Shown here: positions 56,466 through 64,000 of the stretch, piece after piece
Numbering within the stretch: the first letter of the stretch is position 1
Layout of the letters: every line of letters starts with the position of its first letter
Assembly (NCBI GenBank): GCA_964016885.1
Contig: OZ024750.1
Span: 12,028,001 to 12,092,000, forward strand
Direction: 5' to 3'
From: Eledone cirrhosa
Taxonomy: Eukaryota
DNA: 64,000 nucleotides
Translations under genes and position numbers: made by a program
The notes under the pieces: generated by a model
The model's input: the letters and a program-made list of their open reading frames with translations, nothing else
Database searches by the model: none
Told to the model about the DNA's origin: nothing

Positions 56466-59400
56466 TTACCAGGAAACTGCTGTTTCCTTTTTCAGGATGT
56501 CGTTCTGCATATTTTTGTCCTGGTCCATCTGAACTTTATGACTTTTTTCAGTTGTGAAACGGTTGTAAAGATCCAAGAGACTATAACAGAATTTATACTG
56601 TTTCTGGAAAATAAGCAAAAATGGAAAATAACAAAATGAAGATTTATTCAACTTTGAAACCTGTTGTTAGAAAAGAGATGAGTAAATTTATGCTATGTAC
56701 AAGAGGTGAGATGGAGAGGAACCTCAGCCAGATTTATGCTATGTACAAGAAGTGGGAGAGGAACCATAGCCAGATTTATGCTATGTACAAGAGGTGGGAG
56801 AGGAACAATAGCCAGATTTTTGCTATGTACAAGAGGTGGGAAAGGAACCTCAGCCAGATTTATGCTATGTACAAGAGGTGGGAGAGGAACCATAGCCAGA
56901 TTTATGCTATGTACAAGAGGTGGGAGAGGAACCTCAGCCAGATTTATGCTATGTACAAGAGGTGGGAGAGGAACCTCAGCCAGATTTATGCTATGTACAA
57001 GAGGTGGAAGAGGAACCTTAGCCAGATTTATGCTATGTACAAGAGGTGGGAGTGGAACCTCAGGTAGATTTATGCTATGTACAAGAGGTGAGATGGAGAG
57101 GAACCTCAGCCAGATTTATGCTATGTACAAGAGGTGGGAGAGGAACCTCAGCCAGATTTACAGGGAAAGGACACCAGTACAAACTCTTCTGGATAGGTAA
57201 TGATGAAGGAGTAAGTGACTTAGGCATAATGTTAGTGTGGAGAGGTAGATAGGAGTTATTTAGGTAGCTAGAGTATGTGACAGAAGGATTGGGTATAGTG
57301 GTGTAGAGAGGTAGATAGAGGGAGTTATTGAGGTAGCTAGAGAGTGTGACAGACTCTTAAAGCTTAGGCTAGTTGTAGGTAATACAAACAATCATCTCTA
57401 TTTATACACTACAATCGGCACTGACCAATAGTTAATTGTATTTGTTATATGTGTTTGTGTTTATATTTACATTCTAAAAGAATTGTGAGCTATCTATCTA
57501 TTTATCGCTGCCATGTCCTGCGTCTCCAACAGACCAGTGTCTGTCCTTAGGGCATCAACATACGTTAACCTTGGTCTTCCTCTTCCAGTGTGTCCATGTA
57601 GGGACTCCCACAGGAGCACTGAGTGCAATGTCAACTCTGGATGTCGGTGAGCATGTCCAGCTAACCTCAGTCTCCTCTGTGTCACTTTTGAGCTGACTTT
57701 TGGGAGGCTCCCATATAGCTCATCATATATTGTGAGCTATTTGTAATGTTATTTATGTGTATATATAATGATATTTATGTATATATATAATGTTATTATG
57801 TATATATATATATAATGTTATTTATGTATATATATATATATATATAATGTTAATGTTATTTATGTATATATATAATTGGAATAGAATGAAACGAAATTTC
57901 ATTTCTCACTCTTAGTACGGCAGTTACTTAAATGTAAGTATGTATGTATACGTACATACATATATGTATACAGACGTACAGTAGTATGTATATATATATA
58001 CATACATGCACACATATATATATATATATATATATGCATGTATCGGTTTACCAAACATTTATTATAATGCTCGGTTTGTTTGTAAACAAACATCCCCGAA
58101 TTAAGCCGTACAGTGTTTAGGCAACCACGTCACCTTTTTGTTCAACACTGACACAGTTTCAAGCTTATTAGCTATCGTCGGCATCGTATACCTTCCTGCC
58201 AGATGGTTGAGCGTCTGAAAGTATTTACTTTCCTTATGTATATTAACGCCTGAGCAGCCTAATTTGCATATCGAGTGAGTTTAGTCGGCCGGGCGCACCG
58301 AAAACGAAAAATGGAATAGAATGAAACGAAATTTCATTTCTCACTCTTAGTACGGCACTTACTTAAATGTAAGTATGTATGTGTACGTACATACATATAT
58401 GTATACAGACATACAGTAGTATGTATATATATACATACATGCACACATATATATATGCACGTATCCGTTTACCGAATATTGATTATAATGCTCGGTTTGT
58501 TTGTAATTCGGGCTGTTTGTTTACAAACAAACCGAGCATTATAATAAATGTTCGGTAAACCGATACGTGCATATATATATGTGTGCATGTATGTATATAT
58601 ATACATACTACTGTACGCCCGTATACATACATACTTACATATATATATAATGTTATTTATGTATAGATATAATGTTATGTATATATTTAAAATAAATATA
58701 AAACAAAAATAATACAAATGAAATAGTTTACCATATCTTGAATTATTTCTGTTCGTCTTCTTTTCATGTGTTTTACAGTATGGTAAACATCAACAAAATG
58801 GTCACACTTCATTTTTTCTATCAAGATATCAGCTACACAGAATAAGCCACTGTTGGTAGCTCCATCTTTACAATGAACTACAATTGGTTTATGTTTATTT
58901 AAACTTTGCCATTCTGCAATATTTTGAATAAGATAAAGAATATAATCTCTACAAATTGGTACAACAGTAGGACCTTTCCAGTTCCGATACCGATAAAGTC
59001 GAATTTTTCGTATACTTTCTTTTTTATGCTTTGTTACTTTTAATTTAAACTGTTCCAATATTAGATTATAATCAACAATCCGGTTTCCAGTTTCTACATA
59101 GAAATGTTCTGAACACCATAACTTATTATTGTCAGGAGGTTTTTTCCAGTAGGAAACACAAGTGTCATTTTTTATATTATTGTCCAGCATAACGATAGTT
59201 CTAACGTTGTATTCATAAATTAGCTGCCAGAAGTCACTAATTGTCTCTTCCATTGGAGTTTGTGTGAGTATGTAATGATTTTTACGACTACATCCATCAA
59301 GAAAAACTGCATTAATATAGGAGTTTTTTGCTGAGTGTAATATAGGTTGAAATCTTTCAGGAGGAAGTATCGCCAAAAAACGATTTTTACTTTTATTCAT

Positions 59401-62400
59401 CTGTGAACGACCCACATTTAATTGGTTGTCAGGGATTTGGGGAGTAAATTGACATAAATTATTGAACTGAATTTGTAAAAATTGTTCTCTGTTTTGTGGC
59501 TTAACAGTTTTATAAGTTTCATTCAAGTTATATTTATCTTGGTATCTTTCACAAACAGCCTCGTATACAAAGAGGAAATTTGCATAAGGTCTCAGTGTAA
59601 AATTTATTGATTTTCGAATATTTTTTATAACATTAAATAGCTTTATACATCTCTTCTGTCTATATTCTTCAAGTAGAATATCAATAATGATAAAGGTACC
59701 ACACCTGTTGATACCTGTACCACAGTGTACTAGAATTGGATTTGTGTTTTCTGCAACAATGCGACTAATCTGAAAAATATTGAATGTAAAATATATCTGA
59801 AAAATATTGAATGTAAAATATATCTGAAAAATATTGAATGTAAAATATATCTAAAACTTTATTTGTAAATATGGAAAATAAAGGGTCTTTGGAGTAACAT
59901 TACTTGATAGAGTGCATAGCCCAGATATCAGAGTCATTCCAGATAGAGCTGCTACTTCTCTGAATTGAGAGATCACAGCTCCGGTACTTTGGACATGTGG
60001 TTAGAATATCTCAGGAAAGAATCACTGGACAGATTTGACAAGTATGGTGGGATTTGAACTCAGAACGTAAAGGGACATAACTATATGCCACAAAGCATGT
60101 TGTCTGATGCTGTACCGATTCTGCCAATCCACCTTGTAATAATAATAATAATGGTTTTTGATTTAGGCACAAGGCCAACAATTTTGGGTGAGGGGAAAGT
60201 CGATAACATCGGCCCCAGTGTATTACTGGTACTTTATTTTATCGATCCTCTGAATGAAAAAAAAAGCTAACCTTGGCAGGATTTGAACTCACAATGTAAA
60301 GGGACGTAACTACATGCCACAAAGCATCATCCGATGCTGACGCTCTACCGATTTCTGCCAACCCACTGCCCTTATAACAATTAAAATAATACAAATAAAA
60401 TATCCATACCTTTCGATGCATTTCTAACAAAGGTACAGCATCCTGGAAGGTAATACATTCCATCCATGAGAAAAACTCAAAAATATACACTTTCTGTACA
60501 GCATCTTTTCCAACACTAACATTAATTGTTGTGATGCAATAATCAGCATAAGTTTGTACTGCAATTATCTCCATATTAAATATTTCAAACTTAAACAGTT
60601 CTCCAGTTGATGATGGAAAATATTTTGAACATTTCAACACGTTTTCTTCAATATGTTTTGTTAGCATTACAACAACTCTTACTCTTTGTTGATAGATGAG
60701 CCGCCAAAAATCACAGACAGTTTCCTTGTTAAATGGACTCTGTGCTGCAATATAATTATATCGCGCCTTTGTCTTTTCATTTATATAACTGGCATTGATG
60801 TAAGTATTATCAGAAGAAATATCTGGAGTTAAAATAACGCGGTTTCTATCATAAGGGAGTTTTTGTGGAAACCGGTTCAAACAGGTATTTTCTCTTTTGC
60901 AGGCTTCTTTACAATGTGATATATCTGGAGATGTCTCTGCATAATACTTATTGAGTGCTTCATATTCTTCACGGAAACTTAAAAACTGGGCTGTTTGGTT
61001 TAACTCCCCTTTTCCTAAATCTATTATATTCCCATTTCTATAAGATGGTGAATGATGTGTTATGTTTGGCAAGTTATTATGAATTATTAGATGTCTTTGT
61101 TCATTCAAAGAACAAATAGGGGTCCAATGTTTCTCTAGATCATTGACGTCTGGGAAGTCGTAATTTTCATTCTTTATTGTAAAGATTTCTTCTGTTGCAG
61201 ATTTACGTGGTTCACATTTTCGAAAGTAGTAAAATACAAAAATTACAATAGACAAAATTATAAGAATTAATAAAATAATAACAATAACAATCCAGTTGAT
61301 GTTTTCTTCTTTAACTACTGGGGCTGTGTGTGAAGTCATGACCCCTTGTGTACTTGAGAAATTATATTTTGTAACATTATTTAAGCTAGCATATAAAACG
61401 TAGAATATTTGATAACAGCTATTTTTCAAAAGGAGTGAATTCACTACACCATTATATGTTTTGGTATCACCAACTTTGAAATTAATTGGGCTATCAAGAT
61501 ATTTTGGATAAAGTTTAGCTACAAGAATTCCTGGTGGTTGTTTTATATTCTCATAACTATTAGCATCTATTTCAGAGCATTTTTCAGTATTATTTAATTT
61601 GTGGACTCTAATATTGTACCAACTGATAAGTCCTGTGTAAATTGTCGATGGCTGGAGAATTACTTCAATTGATGTGTCACTGGAACCTTTTACAATAGGT
61701 ATAGGGGGACCAGGTGGTGTTTTTATCTGAGTCCAATATGAAACAGGAACTCCAGTTTGGCCTGATCCAATTGATGTAGATGCTGCAATCTGTAGACTAT
61801 AAAGTGTAGCTGGTAATAATCTACACTGACTGGAATTAGTAATATTTCCAAGTACTAGGCTTGACTGTACAGCTCGTTGGTTGGTGTGAGTGTAAGAAAA
61901 CAGCTCTGTAGTAACAATCTGAGGAATATATATAAAATAGTTTGAGTAGAAAAGAGATATTATATATATATATATCTTTCAACAAAGTATAAGGTTAATA
62001 ATTAATGTGAAGCATTGTGAGATGTGAGATATGTAATAATTGATTAGTGAGGACTTCAGAAAGCCAGTACAATGTAATAAAAATATATAAAGGGCAAAGG
62101 AGGACAAATAAAATGAAGCAAAGTAATGTTTTTTATTCAGTATATTTTAACATGATATTTCAAGCTTAGTACCCGCTTTTCAAATGCAAAACAAATAAAG
62201 TTAATACTCATCATAGACTGAAACGATCTTTTTTATTGATTCTGGAGAAAACAAAAATATAAGTCGATCTAAATTTAAACCTTCCATCATCATTCTATGA
62301 AGCTTACTGAGTGGGGTGGAACCCATCAAATCAGACCAAGGAAACAATGATCTTTCTATTGCTGATACTATCTTCCAGCTGAAACTCCTGGCAGAAAGAG

Positions 62401-64000
62401 CAACATGAAATAAAGTGTCTTGCTTAAGGACATAATGCACCACCTGGTCTGAGAGTTGAACTCGCAACCTTATGATTGCAAATCCAATTCTCTAACCTCT
62501 AAGTCACATACCTTTACATTAATTTCATGCTAAACTTTATCATTTGAATAATTATAAAATTGTTTTCATGTATATACCTCATATGATATGATGATACCAT
62601 TTGGTTTTTCTGGAGGATTCCACGATGCAATAATACATTCATTATGGTAGTGTACAGATATGTTGACTACATGACTAGGGATGCTCTCTTTTGTCATGGC
62701 AGATGTAGAACTAGAAAAATTTCCCCATCCAATGTCAGTGCTGGCTTTTATCTGTCGGAGTAAAAGATTTTCTGTTAAAATCAATAAACCTCTACATAAA
62801 TTGCAACTATACAAAACAGTTATATTCGTGGTCCTTTTTCATATCTTAGAGAAAATCTATGAGAATGTTCCTTTGATTGAACTGTATAAAGTTTGTAGGA
62901 TATCTGCTTTTACAGTTTAGCATTTACATTACTCTATATTTACTATTGTATTTTGGTGGAAAAGGATTTATCTCACACAATTATCTCACATAATATCGAA
63001 TCTACGAGATTTTAATGTTATTTATTTTGAGAACAATACCTTAATGTCAGTATGAGTGGCCAGTTATGGCCAGTTTGAACAGGAAGTGGTGAGAGAATTC
63101 TGGCCAGATATGGACTGTTTGAAGGTTTAGGTGGTGAATTTATTCTGAATTACTCTGTCACTATATCTTTACATCTATATCTTTAAAACATTGTTGTTTA
63201 TAGGTGACATTATCAGCTACTTTGCAATAGGTTTTAATGATGTATCATGAATGAAATCTTTTAGTAGTGATTATTTATATCTGGATTTGAAACTCATTAG
63301 AATATACAAAGAAAAGGTTTCTGTAGAAATTCTCTACTATTTTGTATAGTAAACTTTATAAGAAAAGTACAATATATAATAGAGACACAGTAGTAGTGTA
63401 GCAAACTACATAAAATCATTAAAATCTCTGATTATAGCTTGATTATATGTATAACAATAGATGGTGGATTGGCAGAGTTGTTAGAACGTCAGATAGAATG
63501 CTTTTTGGCATTCATTTCGGTTCTCTGTTCTCTGAGTTCAAATCCTACCGAGGTCATCTTTGCCTTTCTTCCATTCAATGTCAATAGGACTGGGTCGATT
63601 CTTCCTCTATATCTGTTTCTCACTTTCTCTCTCTCTCACACCTACTTTCAATCTTTCTTTGGAGGAAATCTGCTGTAATCAGACCTGGAGAAGAGATGGG
63701 CTCCACCAGGTGTTAAAAAATGCCCAAGAAAAGCTGATGACTCTATGGTGTCCATACTACCCAATCAGGTGTTAAGGGACTAAAAAAAAAAAAGGGTTAC
63801 CTTTACAGAATAATGAGTAAATGGCTGTAAACCATTAAAGGTAGCTCCAGTTAATTTTGAAGCTGGTTGTATGATATCTTTTACTTGAACAGAGTTGGCT
63901 GTTTGGATACATCTCGCCATGTACAGGGTTAATATACCATTTGGTTGTTTACTTGGTTCCCATCTTACCGTTGCAGTTGTCTCTGTTGTCGTTAAATTAA
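56466..64000 (-). CDS. Receptor-type protein tyrosine phosphatase-like protein (FN3 repeats, TM, tandem D1/D2 PTP domains); 5'-partial
   Basis: Exons >64000-63801, 62751-62578, 61918-60410, 59769-58732 and 56603-56466, all joined in phase 0. FN3 motifs VRWEPSKQPNG...LQPFTHYSV, SWNPPEKPNGIIISY and LLPATLYSLQIAAST. TM segment WIVIVIILLILIILSIVIFVFYYF. D1 YINASY, DFWRLI, VHCGTGINRCG. D2 KNRF, YINAVF, DFWQLI, VVHCKDGATNSG. The end may instead splice at TG|GTAACT to a short exon starting at ~56116. Confidence 0.88.
56686..57420 (+). mobile_element. RTE-type LINE endonuclease fragment whose 5' part is amplified as a 42-bp minisatellite (~11 copies)
   Basis: Unit GATTTATGCTATGTACAAGAGGTGGGAGAGGAACCTCAGCCA. 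The last units read VDLCYVQEVRWRGTSARFTGKGHQYKLFWIG, the RTE APE N-terminal motif D..C.QE.RW.G. Confidence 0.8.
57494..57725 (-). mobile_element. RTE-type LINE 3' fragment
   Basis: RRLRLAGHAHRHPEL..VLLWE..HG...RGRPRLTYVDAL..DTG. Confidence 0.8.
57877..58640 (-). mobile_element. Penelope-like/retrozyme-like repeat: 435-bp-spaced direct repeat plus inverted copy, with a degenerate hammerhead motif
   Basis: TGGAATAGAATGAAACGAAATTTCATTTC... occurs at 57877 and 58312. Positions 58519-58640 are the reverse complement of ~58370-58505. Minus-strand 58186-58143 reads CGATG CCGACGA T AGCT AATA AGCT T GAAAC TGT GTC AGTGTTG. Confidence 0.55.
59769..59853. repeat. 3 x 27-bp perfect tandem repeat spanning a PTP 3' splice site
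   Basis: TCTGAAAAATATTGAATGTAAAATATA x3; acceptor dinucleotides (plus-strand CT) at 59770, 59797, 59824 and 59851. Confidence 0.93.

Noticed and set aside
58261-58270. Octamer motif ATTTGCAT suggesting an snRNA promoter
   Set aside because: No recognisable snRNA sequence or Sm site nearby; the motif lies inside the repeat element.

Overview
AT-rich, intron-rich animal genomic DNA, most likely an octopus/coleoid cephalopod (inferred from the [11 protein letters not shown]-type C2H2 fingers and the SINE/RTE landscape). Five protein-coding genes are supported by hand-spliced, phase-consistent exons. (1) TAF3 (minus; 3' end with the PHD finger lies outside the window; spliced, uORF-rich 5' leader). 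(2) DHX34 NMD helicase (minus; complete, 29 coding exons). (3) A 9-finger C2H2 gene head-to-head with DHX34. (4) A secreted/GPI-like SRCR-SRCR-ZP protein (minus). (5) An FN3 receptor protein tyrosine phosphatase (minus; 5' end outside the window) whose D1 and D2 domains both have degenerate catalytic motifs. Mobile DNA includes a decayed CR1-like LINE with an intact RT frame, many RTE fragments, two tRNA-derived SINE families, TTAA-flanked MITEs, a Gypsy gag relic, and a Penelope/retrozyme-like direct-plus-inverted repeat carrying a degenerate hammerhead ribozyme motif. The most unusual signals are a near-perfect 54 x 40-bp array of a SINE Pol III A-box head, the hammerhead-bearing repeat, the probable double pseudophosphatase, and repeated tandem duplications of 3' splice sites. 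All calls were made by eye; no database searches were run.
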